A DNA stretch of 63,168 nt, the filler included. It is 15 parts of 15 records of this genome, joined end to end, with 100 filler letters (N's around TTAATTAATTAA, not from the genome) between each part and the next. Parts side by side here need not be neighbours in the genome. Positions count along the whole stretch, not along the records: positions 40,192 to 43,357 come from SRR15195285_10674; positions 43,458 to 47,445 come from SRR15195285_10679; positions 47,546 to 53,465 come from SRR15195285_10681; 12 more parts are not named here. The stretch is one strand, 5' to 3'. The notes beneath the pieces were generated by a model. The model had not been told where the DNA came from. It was given only the letters and a program-made list of their open reading frames with translations, and did no database searches. Made by a program: the position numbers and the translations under genes. Shown here piece by piece: positions 40,819-53,230 of the stretch (within the stretch, counting starts at the first letter, position 1; each line of letters begins with the position of its first letter).

Positions 40819-43067
40819 TCACTCGCGGCTGAGCATGGCCATGTAATCGTGCCACCTTGCGCGCGTGTGTTTCTCCGCCTCGGCGTAGCCCATCATGTCT
40901 ACGTTGGGCATCGGAGTTTGCGTCAGGGCCGAGTAAAGCTCCAGAAGATTGCGTTGCTTTTGGGTCACGACGTGCGGCCCTTGGCAGGCCCCATGTGGAG
41001 GGACATTTGCGCTACAATGCTGTGGCACCGGAGCCGCCAGCCCGTCTGTTGGCCCTCGGGCTAGCAGGGCGCGCCGTGCTGCTTCCACCACAGCGTCATC
41101 GTCCGATACGGCGGTGGCGTCGGTCAGCATGCATGCCGCCCACGGGTCCTTGGGATTGAGCTCTGGTGAAAGCACGGTCTTGAACTCCGCCTCGGTGACG
41201 GACTTGCCTGAGTAGCACACGCAGTGACGGTCGGTGCTGTGGTACTCGAGCGCGACGCAACCACCATGCTCGATGCATCCATTGCATCGGCTCTTGCAGC
41301 TCTGCATGCCAGTGAAACCATGCATGTAGTCGATCCCGGTAAAGTTAAGGGTCGGGACTTTCCAGCCTGGCTGCACAGATTTGACCGCTGATTTGTTGAA
41401 ACACAGCCACTGCTTTCCCGGGGGCAGTGGTTCAGGAGGTGGCGCCGGTGGTGGTGGCGGTGGAACAGGGTAGGGCTGAACAGGTCCCCAAGGAGTCGCC
41501 TGCGGAGGGGTAGACAGCACGACTGTTATCACAATATCAGAGCGCAGCAGTAGCAGCACCACTGGTGCAGGGTGGGGGCGCTTTGCACGTACCGGCTTTG
41601 GTGGGGTTGGTAGGTGCATCGGCATGTCCGAATCTGCCCTGGGAAGGTCTAGCAAAAGCTCGTCAAAAGAACCCGCCCATTTGTCCCTTTCGGTCAAGAA
41701 TCCACCCAACCCGAAGAATGACTTGGCGGTTGCTAGTAGCGAGGTGTGATCATACTGAGACCAGTTGGTTGGACCTGTGGGCTCTTGGAAGATGGCGCCC
41801 TTTCCTACCCACGGCGACATCATCGCGCAGACGCCACGAACGCCGGTGGTTGAAAAGTCGTCGCTGCCGGGGCACTTGGTAGGAGCCGTGGGCGGCAGAC
41901 CGTGCTCCTTGTTCCACACGTTGCACGGGGATAGGTCTGGCTGTGCCTTCGGAATAGGTGCATGGTCGGCGAAGCCACCGTAGTCATCGTAGGTGACGAC
42001 GAACAGCGTCTTACTCCAGCCCTTCCCGGCGCGCAGTGCCTCATAGATATCCTTCAGGAGCCTCTCTCCCTTTGCCAGGTCCATGCACGGGTGATCGGCA
42101 GCCTCGTGTGGAGGCGAGATCCAGCTGAACGCGGGCAGTGTCCCATTCGCGGCCTGCTCGTAAAAGAGATCGTGCGAGAAGAAGTGGTCGGCATGCCTTG
42201 CGACGCCAGCCATGGTGACATCTGGATCCAGCCCCGTACTCTGGTTGCCACTAAAGGTCCCCCACCCTGGCTTGACCTTGGAGCAGGGCTCTTCGCCGCC
42301 TTCACCGCACGTCATGTTGACGTATAGCCCGAACGGCACGTCGGCCAGCTTGAGCGAGTCGAAGATCGTGGCTTGTGGGAACTGAGGGTACGCCCCCCCA
42401 CACTTGTTGTACATCACGTTGGAAGATATTCCACACGAGGTCGCAGACTGCGCAAAGTTGTGGTTCGGCCATGACGGACCCTTGACGCTGGTGAACATGC
42501 GGTTGTGCACCCCATAGTTGTCCGCGATGGCTGCCTTAATCGGCAGCTGGCTCGCGTTGAACGCCGTGTCTTGGTACTTGCCGTGGCAGACGAGAGTGGC
42601 GGTCCCGCAGCGTTTCGCGTCAGATGAGTTGGAGGGAATTCCGTCGAAGCCAGGCCGGTCCCCCAGCATGCAGCCCCAGATGTGATCCGAGGCGCGGTTC
42701 TCTACGAAAAGCACCACCATGTGCTCGATCTTGTCCTGTGGGTACATGAGCGTCGCAGGGCGTGGGCCCAGCCGCGCTTTGGCCTGCTCCAGCAGGCGCA
42801 GGCTTTCACGGAAGTCGGCCTTCGGTAGCATTGTGCGCACGTGTTCGAACTCGGTCTTCAACGCCTCGTTCCACTGGGCGAGGAAGCAGTCGCAAGTTAG
42901 ACAGAGGACGGAAGGGAGAGCAAGCGAACGGGGCCTACCGCTGCAGCGTCGGTGGCGCCTGTAGGAGCTGGCTTGGACCTCGGCCTGCGCGGAAGCCACT
43001 CGCCGCCCTCAGCGCCAGCAGTGCTAGCGGCAGCTGCGTGGAGCAGGAGTGGCAGGGCGAGCCGCAT
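40819..43067 (-). CDS. Secreted phosphoesterase (non-specific phospholipase C/acid phosphatase family) with a Cys-rich C-terminal module, 3 exons, ~696 aa
   Basis: Signal peptide MRLALPLLLHAAAAS; KIEHMVVLFVENRASDHIWG, GPSWPNH, ADHPC, IYEALRAG, VTYDDYGGFADH, YDHTSLLAT. Introns 42938-42874 and an in-frame 41592-41500. Confidence 0.9.
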
Positions 43068-43889
43068 TGCCAGAGAGGGCCTCTAAGAGGATGTCCAGCC
43101 TCTAGCTCGATCGAGGCGACGCGGAGGTGCGCGCACGGAAATCGGCGAGGAAAAGCGGCGCGGAGTTATCCATTTCATCGATGGTCACAGAGGCAGGTCA
43201 GAATTACTACTCTCTGAGTACGGTACGGGTATTTTAAATAATACCGGTACTAGTACCTCTGCATTCCGCGCATTCGATCAGTGTTTGTATCGTACAGTAC
43301 ATGCAGTACGATATCTCAGCAGTCGCAGCGCGGAGCATCCAACCTGGGCATATCGAGNNNNNNNNNNNNNNNNNNNNNNNNNNNNNNNNNNNNNNNNNNN
43401 NTTAATTAATTAANNNNNNNNNNNNNNNNNNNNNNNNNNNNNNNNNNNNNNNNNNNNAGCTACTGAAACGCACGTTTGACAGAATGATATAACCAAAGAT
43501 AACATAACCCAACAACACATAATACGACCTCGTAAAATAGAAACACCCACGGACCAAGAAAATGTGTGGCTAATAAGCCATGATTCACGAAAGTCGAATG
43601 TCGTACTCGATAACTATTGATACCCTGGAATAGTATTCGAATACCTGGGTATACTACTATTATAGTAGTAGATAGTACCGCGGCATGCATGGTGGTTGGT
43701 GCGTCGCAACTAGCGTCGTGCGTCACGATATCCGCGCGCGGCACCGGTACCGACCGACCGCGCGGGTGCCACGCGACGATCCGCGACCCCGCGCACGCCC
43801 CGTTGCGCTAAACGGTATACTGTTGGCAACGTTTTGTTGAGGGTTTCGAATTCGTAGCTTGACCTTGAGCAGTGCTTGCGGAGACAAAG

Positions 43890-46067
43890 ATGATGCAGAA
43901 GTTACTGCAGGCGTTTTCGATCGCGCAATGTGTGATGACCGGCGTCACCGCTCACCGGCCCATCCTCGGCAGGTGGGCAGCATCGCACATATTCTCTGCG
44001 TCCCCTGGCATCGCCGAACCGCCTGTTCGCTTGCGGGAAACAGCCACTCGCCCAGCCTGCTCCGTCCCACCAGCCAACAAAACGCTGACCGACAAATGGG
44101 TCCTGCACATAGGATCACGCAGGGCCTCGAGTACAACACCATGGAAACTGCGCTTGAGATCCCATGGATAGCGTCGAGCTGGGCCGTGAACCGCATCGCC
44201 ACCTGCGATGCTCCTGTGTTCTGGATGAAGGCGGAGGTGTCGAGCGATAGCTTTCCACTGTACCTCGGTGCTGGAATTCCTCGGCTTGAACGATTCAAGA
44301 ACACAGGGGTGGCGGCGCTCCTGATTGGCCCAGGACTGGATGCGCTGCCCACGGACGCCGCCGTGCCAGCAGACGTGTCATCAGCTTACACCCTCTCCGC
44401 GGGCCAGGGAGCCGTCCTCGTCACCCCACCGGCACCTGCCGAGCAAACCGACTGCAACTACCTGGCCGAGTCAGCACTGAAGGCATCACCTGACACCCAT
44501 TCCGTTCTTGGGCGCTGCAACTTCTGTGAGCCACCCTCGTTAGGATCGTGTGGGCGCCACCTGGGTCTGTTTGACTCACTCATGTGCGTGCTCCATGTTC
44601 GTACAGATGAGCAATATGGTCAGTCGGACTCGTGGCCACAAGCAGATTCCACTGTTGTCGTTGGGCCAGGGACGTACTATGTCGCGTTTTGGGCATTTGA
44701 AGGCACTAGCGCATCGATCTCGACGGGCAAGTTCTGGGCAACGATGTCAGACGATACAATGGTGGAGAACTTCGGTCCCATACGCGCCCGCAGCTGCGGC
44801 GCAACACCGATTACTGAGTGCGAAGCTGCGGATATATCTGACGTGGATCGTGCAGCTGCGCAGACGAGCTGCGAAGATGCCGGTGCCTGCACGTTTACTG
44901 AAGCAAGCACTAGTTATGATGGGTCCCAAATCGCAGCGTCCTGTTCCACTACGCCGATCCAAGCCTGCACAGATGCAGACCTCAGCGTGAATCCCGAAAC
45001 AGCCTGCGAGGCAGCTGGAGAATGCACCTACACTGCAGGACCTGCAACAACGTGGGGGCCATGGGGAATGGGACCACCTGGGGAGTTTCCCGTGCCGTCC
45101 AACCAGGGACACACTTTCTACGAACAGGGCGCACACGCTGGAATGGCTAACATGGCCCCACCTGCTGTGTCCTGCTCAACGTGTGCATTTGGCACCGGCC
45201 ACAGCGGAACCCCCTCGACTTCCTGTCCTGCCGGCTGTGACACGTCAAGCGGCTGTAGTGCGATCTCCTGCTCCGGCGATGATGAGGCAGCTTGTGAGGC
45301 GTCTGGCACAGCCGCAGATGTAAATGGCGCGAGCTGCACCTTCACAGCAGCAAACCCTACTCCGGCATATGGACCGGCCGTAGAAGCCAGCTGCGACCCG
45401 ACTCCGGACGACTGCAATGAATTCAGGACCTACCTCGGAGACGAGATTACCTGCAATGATATCGATGGCACGGTGCGTTGCTTGGAGTGGCTGATGTGCT
45501 TGCAGTTTGACTGCTGCAGTTTCTTGTTTCTCACAGCACCCTCGTCCGAAATGTCGGCAGGTCGCTGGTGGAACGTCAGAACTTTGGTACGACCCTGAAG
45601 GCTGCCTTTGTGGAGCGTTGGCACAAGGGGTGGACTGCAGCTGGACAGTCATCCAGGTGTCACAGTTTTCACCTGTAGCCGGGCTAGTGCAGCCTTGCAT
45701 CTATTCTCTGCTCGGTGAGTATGGAACAACCCAGATGCAAGACCATTGCCCCGTCCAGTGTGCTACGACCACATTCTGTGAAGACTACGCCGCAAGTGAC
45801 TGCACGGACGCATTTACCGATTGCGCTACTGTCTATGCCGCCATGCCGACTGGCGATGCCGATGCTTCAAACGACGCTAGCGAGGCCGGCACTCAGGCCT
45901 GCGTAGCAGCTCACCTAGCGATGGTTGACGCCGCGGACTCTGTCCACTGCGGTCATGCTCGGGGCGAGGGTCCTTGCGCAGCCCTTGAGTCGAAACCAGA
46001 TGCCTCGGGTGCCATCCCCGTGGCTCCATTAGTCGCAACTATGGCGGCGGCGGCAGTGGCGTGGTAA
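43890..46067 (+). CDS. Secreted, probably GPI-anchored Cys/His-rich surface protein with N-terminal His, 4 exons, ~622 aa
   Basis: A 21-aa signal peptide is followed by HRPILG. Introns 43973-44112, 44526-44606 and 45473-45560 give one frame. Motifs LLIGPGL, FYEQYG, GTYYVA; repeats CxxADxS...CExAGxCTxT; QACVAAH...HCGHARGEGPC; hydrophobic C-terminus. Confidence 0.75.
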
Positions 46068-46147
46068 ATGCTTGTGGCTGTGTACACCATTCAACCAAAC
46101 GTTCTTCACAAATGCAGGTGTATACTTAAACTGATACTCAAACTGCT

Positions 46148-47296
46148 TTAGACACCCATCTGCTCCTCGCCTAGACTGTTGGTGGCCTTGTCCTGTTTGC
46201 AACACCGTCGGCCAGCCTTCGCGCCTTCGCCGCCCAGCAGCGACTGGTTGATGCACCACGCCAAAATCATCAGGCATGCGATCAGTCCGTAGCCAATCAG
46301 TGCCGCAGTCATCGCATCATCGCGCCTTGCCAACCGATCTAGCTCCTCCGCCATCAGTACAGGCGGTGGGGCAGGTTGCGCCTGGGTGGAACACCGCGCA
46401 TGCGGACCAGGCACGCAGTCTCTTTTCAGCATGAGACAGAAACCACTGAACAGCTATTCAAGCTGTATCAAGAAGGTTGCTTACCGACGAGCAGGACGCA
46501 GCTGGCGCAGTCGGACAAGGCTCGACCGTATAAAGTGCCGTCATTCCTGCTCCCAAGCATGCACGACAAGATGCTAAGCTCATCGTGCTGCAAGCCCATG
46601 CCTAGACCTGGGAGGTAGCAATGTTCGGCGCAATCTTGTGCGTACCGCCGTGGATGTGGTGATTGACATGGCAGTGGTACAGCCAAGTCTGCGCAATCCA
46701 CCAAGCAAGCAACAGGATCAGTTGACAGTGTCTACCACTGCAATCATACTTCATACACGCCATTTGTGTGTGCGATGCAGGAAGTGTTCTTCAAGAGTAC
46801 CCCTGGATTTTCCATGGTGCCGTCGACTGTGAGTTGCGTCGCTGGCAGAATGTTCACTACATCAACCCGGTGTCCACCACGTGTACCATCGCCACTCAGG
46901 ACAAAGGTCTGCCCATGCCAGTGCGGGGTGTGAATGTCCTCTTGGTTGCCCAAACCCAGCACATGCCAGCGTGTTCGCTCTCCCTCGGTCATTGTCAAAT
47001 GAAGATTCCCGTACCTACTCGTTCGCCACGGGTAGCAGAGTGTACACGCCCAGACTCAGTAAAGGTTGTATGAATAGGTGATGTTCAAAATCCGGCCGAA
47101 ATCCAGCCTAACTCATCCCAGCGACTATTGAGTGTTCAAGTTCATCCCATACAGAGCGCAAGACTTCAGCGTTCAGACACATCACTACTCACATCAGACC
47201 ATTGATCGCATGCATCTGGTTCGACTCGATGAAACCCTCGTCCATCTGCAGGCTCGCGAGCGTCGGGTTGTACGCGTTGTAAACGCATTGCCCACC
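46148..47296 (-). CDS. C-terminal part of a ceruloplasmin/hephaestin-like multicopper oxidase with a C-terminal TM anchor
   Basis: Spliced FIESNQMHAINGLM|YGNL...RWHVLGLGNQEDIHTPHWHGQ...NPG|TWLYHCHVNHHIHG|GMTALYTV carries T1/T2/T3 Cu ligands. TM segment ALIGYGLIACLMILAWCI. Confidence 0.9.
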
Positions 47297-47418
47297 TAAT
47301 CGAATCGTCGTTGCAATGTAAAGCTCATGTAAAGATCAGGTGTCACGCGAGCCAAAAAAATTTGCATGCGGGGGGGTGGGAGGAAGGGGGAGGAAGAGAG
47401 ACATACAGAGAGACAGAA

Positions 47419-47445
47419 ACACACACACACACACACACACACACA
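47419..47445. repeat. (AC)n microsatellite
   Basis: Visible run at the contig end. Confidence 0.9.
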
Positions 47446-47991
47446 NNNNNNNNNNNNNNNNNNNNNNNNNNNNNNNNNNNNNNNNNNNNTTAATTAATTA
47501 ANNNNNNNNNNNNNNNNNNNNNNNNNNNNNNNNNNNNNNNNNNNNCCAATTCTCATCCTGGACGAGCCGCTGGGATAATCCCGACTAAGAGTATTATTAT
47601 ACTATGAATTGTACCGTAGGAATCCTAACGATGAATTCAGGCTGAAGAGTTCGGTGTACACTATTGATAAATCGTACTCTGACGGAGTGTTGAATTCTGA
47701 CCCAGCCTTTGTGCCTCCCCTCGAGGGTTCAAGAGGGGCTCGCTCCACGCAAGTTTGACGCCGTTGGTGGGTACGTAAAACTGACTGAAAAGTCACAGCG
47801 GACCGCTGTGACCCCTCGAGATCGCTGGTGAATTCGCAGTGTCAATAGGGAATTTCGCCTTGTACCCGAAGGGCTCGAATCACGCAAGAGAGCGGTAGAG
47901 TCTCTCGCGTACACCGTGGGTTGAGCGAAAATTTGACTGGGGGATTTGAGTGGGGGCTCGATCGGGTTTGACTGGAGGATTTGACTGGGGG

Positions 47992-49170
47992 ATGGATTTT
48001 GGCGGGCAGAGTAATAATGGGACGAGCGGCGCGGAGATTGCGGCGTATGTGTCCGGGCTGATCGTGCGTGGCGATCTGCTGGCCCCTTGCCGTCGTCTGT
48101 CTCACGGGGCTGCTGCCATCGCTTGCTGCCATCCCTGCCCGTCTTCATCCCTTGCTGTCTTCAATCCTTGCTGTCATCCCTTGCCGTCTCCCTTGCTGGT
48201 TGCCGTCCTTGCCGTCCTTGCCGTCCTTCTTCAGTCCTTGCTGTCATCCCTTGCCGTCCTTGCCACCCCCCTTGCCGTCTTCGTTGCCGTCTCGCTTGCT
48301 GTCCTTGCTACCCGTGCTGTCCTTGATCCTCTTGCCGTCCTTCTTCGTGCCCTGTTCGCCTGCCTGTCCCTGGTCTTCTTCCTACTCTTTCTTGTCCCAG
48401 TTTTTCATGGCATTAGACGGCTATGAGGGTGTGGGTCTCTTTCTGTCTCTCTCCGTCTCTCTGCCTCGGCAACCTTGGCTTTGCCTTCCCTCGAGGTTTG
48501 AGAGCGCCTGGCTGGCGCGGGAGAGATGGGGGGGGGGACGCTGTTGCTGCTTGTAGCGGAGGCGTAGACGGAGGACACATGTTGATACATCGGGCGACAG
48601 TGCACTGGAAAGTAGGGAGGGAGAGTGGCGGCACCACGAGCCTGCTCGAGTGCCTGCTGCTGCCGCGTGATGAGTTGTCAGGGCGCTGCCTGCACCGCAA
48701 ACCTTGGGTTGCTGACCTCTTTTTCCTGCGTGCGTGTGCAGGCTGCAATTGGGTGGTGGTGTTTCATCGACGCGGCCATCTACAACATGAAGGACACTAC
48801 AATCGCCGCTTGCCCTGACCCTCACAAACCCAAGGATCTGACCTTCGCAATGTGGCTGCCTGGGATCGGGGCGACCCTCGGCGTCGTGATGATCAACTGC
48901 TTCAACTACAGCGCTTACACGAACACTGGCGACGGAGGGAGCGCCGCGGCGTGCAACAACGCGTGGCTGTTCTTCTCCTACCTCATCATGTTCGGCTGCA
49001 TCATCGCGTCAACGTGGATCATGGTCGAGTACTGGCTCGCTGGCGATAGCTGCACCAACTGGCCAGGCATCGCGAGCGTGGTTCAGACTGTGTGCTTGCT
49101 GATCAGCGCCACGGTGTTCTTCATCGGGCGCGAGAACGGGAGTAAGAGGCCGCAGATGGGGGGTTTTTAA
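47992..49170 (+). CDS. VPS68: Vps68/TMEM50 (UPF0220) family membrane protein, 2 exons, ~166 aa
   Basis: Exon 1 MDFGG...EIAAYVSGLI (47992-48063) splices in phase 0 to AAIGWWCFIDAA (48742). Further motifs WLPGIGATLGVVMIN, AWLFFSYLIMFG, WPGIASVVQ. Confidence 0.85.
48084..48350. repeat. Degenerate CTTGCYGTC/CATCC tandem array inside an intron
   Basis: More than 12 copies of (C)CTTGC(C/T)G(T/C)C-like units. Confidence 0.85.
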
Positions 49171-49230
49171 GTGGTATGCGATGGATTGTTCGTGTCTCAA
49201 TACACCCACTGCGGCACGCGCCTTCGGGAG

Positions 49231-52200
49231 TCACAGGTCATGGAATCTGCTCCGCTCCAAGCTTTTGCGTCCGTGGTAACCAGCCTTGCGCCTGATGAAT
49301 GGCACCTCCTTCTTCGGCGGGCGCCCCCGTCCGATGCGCTGGTCGCCCGAGTCTGACACTTTGCGCAGGGTGGACACGAGTTTCATGCGCAGCCGCGGCG
49401 ACAGCTGGTCCATCAGGGTCGAGCGGCCGGCGCGGCCATGCACAGTCGACCAGTCCTTGGCTCTAGGGGCCACGTCAGCTTGCATAAGGAGCGACACGAT
49501 TGCTGCAGCTGCGGTGACTTTCGCCTTATGAGGCGACACGTTTGACTGGAAGATCTGCAGCGCTGCGTGCATCGCGTCGTTGCCATGATCATCAACTATT
49601 TCACCACTGGCACCGAGAGACAGCATGGCCTCCACACCGCCCACCTGCAGACCACGGCGCAGTGTCACAAACTCGTCCGCAACGAGGCATGAATTCATAG
49701 GGCACGAGCAGAAGCCGGTGGCGACATACCCATCCCACAGTAGCCGCTGCCATCAGCGGGGTCTGTAGAGATTGTTGACCCCGCTTCTCGGGCTTTCCCC
49801 ACATTCGATCCAGAGCCCCGTCTTTGTACGTGCCGCCAATCAGAGACCGGAGAGCTTCCAAGCCTTCTGCCTCCGGGCTCATCTTTTCGCAGTTCAAGCC
49901 CACCCACCCGTGTTGGCACCTGCACTCGTACGATGCATCTCCGCCATGCAGCTCCGCCCCTACATTAACCACCAGGCCATTGAACATCATCTAAGGAACA
50001 TCAATCCAAAACCCATACAAACAGCACAGCAGTCGAACGCACCATCGAGGTTGTACAGGTCATCCTCTTCATTCTCGAGCAAGTCTGTGCATACTCCGCC
50101 GTTTTTACACGGCTGCGACCCGCAATACGTGCCTTTCAGCCGCCCCATCTCCCGCAGTTCCTCTACCGCCTCTGTAGCCTCAGACTGCCCAGCCCAGTCA
50201 GCTCCTTTGTAATACACATGTTTCTTGTACCCGGCCGCCTCTGTCTGTCCTCTGTGGTGGATCTCGATTGTCTCCATGATTTTTTTGGACGTCTCGATGT
50301 CGGTGGTGTTTCTTGATGCAATCAGCTCGAGGATGGCAGCAACTCGGCCTTCTGGGTTTTCACGGAGCCATTGTCGACCACCGGTGTTGTGATTCGAGAG
50401 CATCTGAAGCACCATTCCAGCCTCGCCAAGCTCAGCTGCCAACACCAGCGGAGCCGTAGGTCTCACGCCTGAGCGGCCTGAGGCCGCTCGCCCTACAGAT
50501 GCGCCTCGACTTAGTAGCCAACGCAGCATCTTCTTGTTTTGCTGAGACACTGCAAGGCTGAGAGGGGTGCCAGGGACACCCGCATAGTCCGCGTCCTGCG
50601 TACGTTCGCACGTCTAAGTATATTCGGAGCAAATCGCACACGTTGTTAGGCAGAAAACTATTGTGCCGATTACCAGGGACACGCCGAGCATCTCACATGC
50701 CCGCAAGGCATCCTCTGCTCGGTTTAGGTCTCCGGCCACAACAGCTTCTTTCAATGCGATATTGACGTCACCCTCTGTCTGGCTGACAAGCCAGTTGGGC
50801 TTGTGCGCGTGGTAACCTGCGGTTGCGCGTCACTAAGTCCTTCGACACATCTGCGCAGGCTACTCGGACGTCAACATCTGATGCGTGGGGAAGGTATGCT
50901 TACCACTCCATGGGGTGAGGGTCGAACTCTTGATTGTGCCCCCAGTCTCAGCTAGAGTGCTCCTTGCAGCATCGATGGCAGCCGACTCCTCTACCTCAAA
51001 CTAACGGAATTCATCCACGCAGACAAGTCAAGGAGAGCACTGTCGCAAATTGAAAAAAGAAGGCAGAACCTGGTCGAGGTGCAGTACCCACCGCGCAATC
51101 CTGACCTGTGCTGTACTCATCATTCTGCAGCTCACAATCGACGACCGAGCAGGTCTCTCTGGATGATTCGGAGTCGTAATGTACCATCATTGCAGGGTTG
51201 ACGAAAGTTCCAGCTCGCTGGCCACCTCCGTCGGAGTGTTGACCCACACGAGCGCGACGCATGCACGCGTGAAAGCCAAAGTGCGCTTCCGCCCAGGTCA
51301 ATGCACCAGGCTCATAGTTACACCGCCCCGCGGCAACAACCGCACGTCGCACCGCCATGAGGCCGCCAAAACATGCGCCGACTGCAACAGGTGGAGCGTC
51401 TGTAGCGCTGCCAGCCATCGCGTGGAAAGGTGTCAAGTGCGGAGACAAGTGGACACCTCGCTCGTGAAGGCTTGTCGTATCCGGCAGCTGGTCAGTGCGC
51501 AGTGATTGGGTGTCATAAAACGCCCCATCTTGCCCATACACCCCATTAGCACACATTACATCCCACTCGACATGGGCGAACGATGTGGCGACGCCGTCCA
51601 CGCGCCATCCTGTGCCAGGTCCATGTCCAAGTCCAGCGCTGCTGCCAGCATGCAGCTTGAAATCATAGAGGCTAAGATCGGCCAGCAGCACATAATCTGC
51701 TGCGACTGCTTCCGCTTCATCTAGCAGCATGTTGTATGCCCATCCACCGTGTAAAGCATCTGGCGGCGCTGTTGGGTGTATCACTCGGACCGGGCACGCA
51801 GGGAAGCGTTCCGATGCCGCTACTGCAGCTGAGCTGAAGGCTTGGACTAGATGCGCGTCCGTACCAGGGAGCACAACGAGAACGACGATCTTCTGATTGA
51901 ATGGCCAGGCGGTACGCTGGAGCAGCTGCACCATGTCATCAGCTCCCCCTGGCCGCTGATCAGGAGAAATCACACCACCGACGAGTGCGCTGTGACGACT
52001 CATTGCGTGGTGGCCCTGCTGCGCTGCTCGGACCTGAGATTACCAGCGACACATAAGATTCACGAGTGAAATCCGGTTCACAAATGTTCAAATCATCCAG
52101 CCAGTAGTCTAACACTGAGCGTACCGCGCAGGATGCTGCCCGGCCTGAGCCTCCGTCGACACTATCTTCCAGCAGCTTCGGTAGGCAGACAACACACTTC

Positions 52201-53230
52201 CCTCCGCCAGTCTGCAGCCTGGCCACGCCGTGATGGGCCTTCGGCCGCACCCTACGAAAGCCGAGGTATACGTTGGTGAAATCTTGCTGCGGTGGGGCTT
52301 GTCCGATTTCGCGGGGCTTGAGGTTTGCAGCAGGGAGCGAGAAATCCTCGCGCTCTGTCCACTCCAGCACGTAGCTGGCGAGCCCATCCGCGGAGCCACC
52401 TCCCAGAAGAGACGCACCGGGGCCACCGGCAAGTTCACGCTGCACAAACCCGACCGTTGCACGGCACCTGATACGGCGGTCAAATCTGAGGTTAGCTGAG
52501 AGCTATGCAATGCAAGTGCAACCAAGGAATGCGAACGATAACGTGCTAACCAGTGGCCCAGGCGCGCAATAATGGAGTCCGGGCCAGACTGTCGTGCGTA
52601 TTCTGCGGTTGAGCCGTAGCACGAGGTCTCGTCACCTTCGACCAGCTGTAGCATCACTGTGTCGATTCCAGAGTGGCGAACATTTCTGAGAAACCCCACC
52701 AACATCTGGATACTGGCAAAATGCTGCAGCGTCTTGGTGCTAAGCAGCGTATCGGCTGCCGGAGGATGTTCTTGCGCGTCTCGCGTCGCGCTGAGAGTGC
52801 ACAGCTCGACCGGAGCCTGCACAGCCTCGAACCTGCCACCAGCCCCCTCTAGAAACCCAGCCAGTGTGAGGCGCTCCCGTGCGGCAGTCACTGCTCGCTC
52901 GGCGATGTCCGTGGCGACGTAGTGCCTAGCGCCACCAGTCTGTAGCAACCACTCGCCGAGCAGACCAGTCGCCGCGCCGAAGTCAACCACGACCCGATTG
53001 GCCCAGTCGTAGCGGCCTAGAAAATTGGCGTGCCAGCTGCGCATCATGGACACCGTCCTCACATCGCTCAAGCTGCCTGCATCAAGAAACGCGAACGCTG
53101 GGTTCGTCCTTTCCCAGAACTCCCGCGCGACATCCTCCGCCTCCTGCAAGCTAGCGGTGGTCGCGCCGGCATCCTGCTCCGCTGCTGCGCGCGCTGACAG
53201 CACCGCAACCGTCGCCAGCGCCCGCAGCAT
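49231..53230 (-). CDS. Secretory multidomain protein: SAM methyltransferase + GT69/CAP59-like glycosyltransferase + ankyrin + EGF, 8 exons, ~1134 aa
   Basis: Introns 52550-52468, 52043-51956, 51091-51001, 50903-50817, 50673-50596, 50042-49960 and 49729-49645 are all GT-AG and give one open frame. Motifs VVDFGAATG; DVMCANG..FYDTQSLR..ACFGGL..VNP; TPLSLAV, APLVLAA, TPLMAAA; CGSQPCKNGGVC...YECRCQHGWVGLNC. Confidence 0.8.

Noticed and set aside
43458-43620. AT-rich ORF end (QNDITKDNIT...VLDNY*) as a viral or TE insert
   Set aside because: Too short and without a recognisable motif.
47950-48556. Hydrophobic or Pro-rich ORFs (LAVLAV..., LPSLPS...)
   Set aside because: Translations of the intronic CTTGCCGTC repeat; only 47992-48063 is coding.
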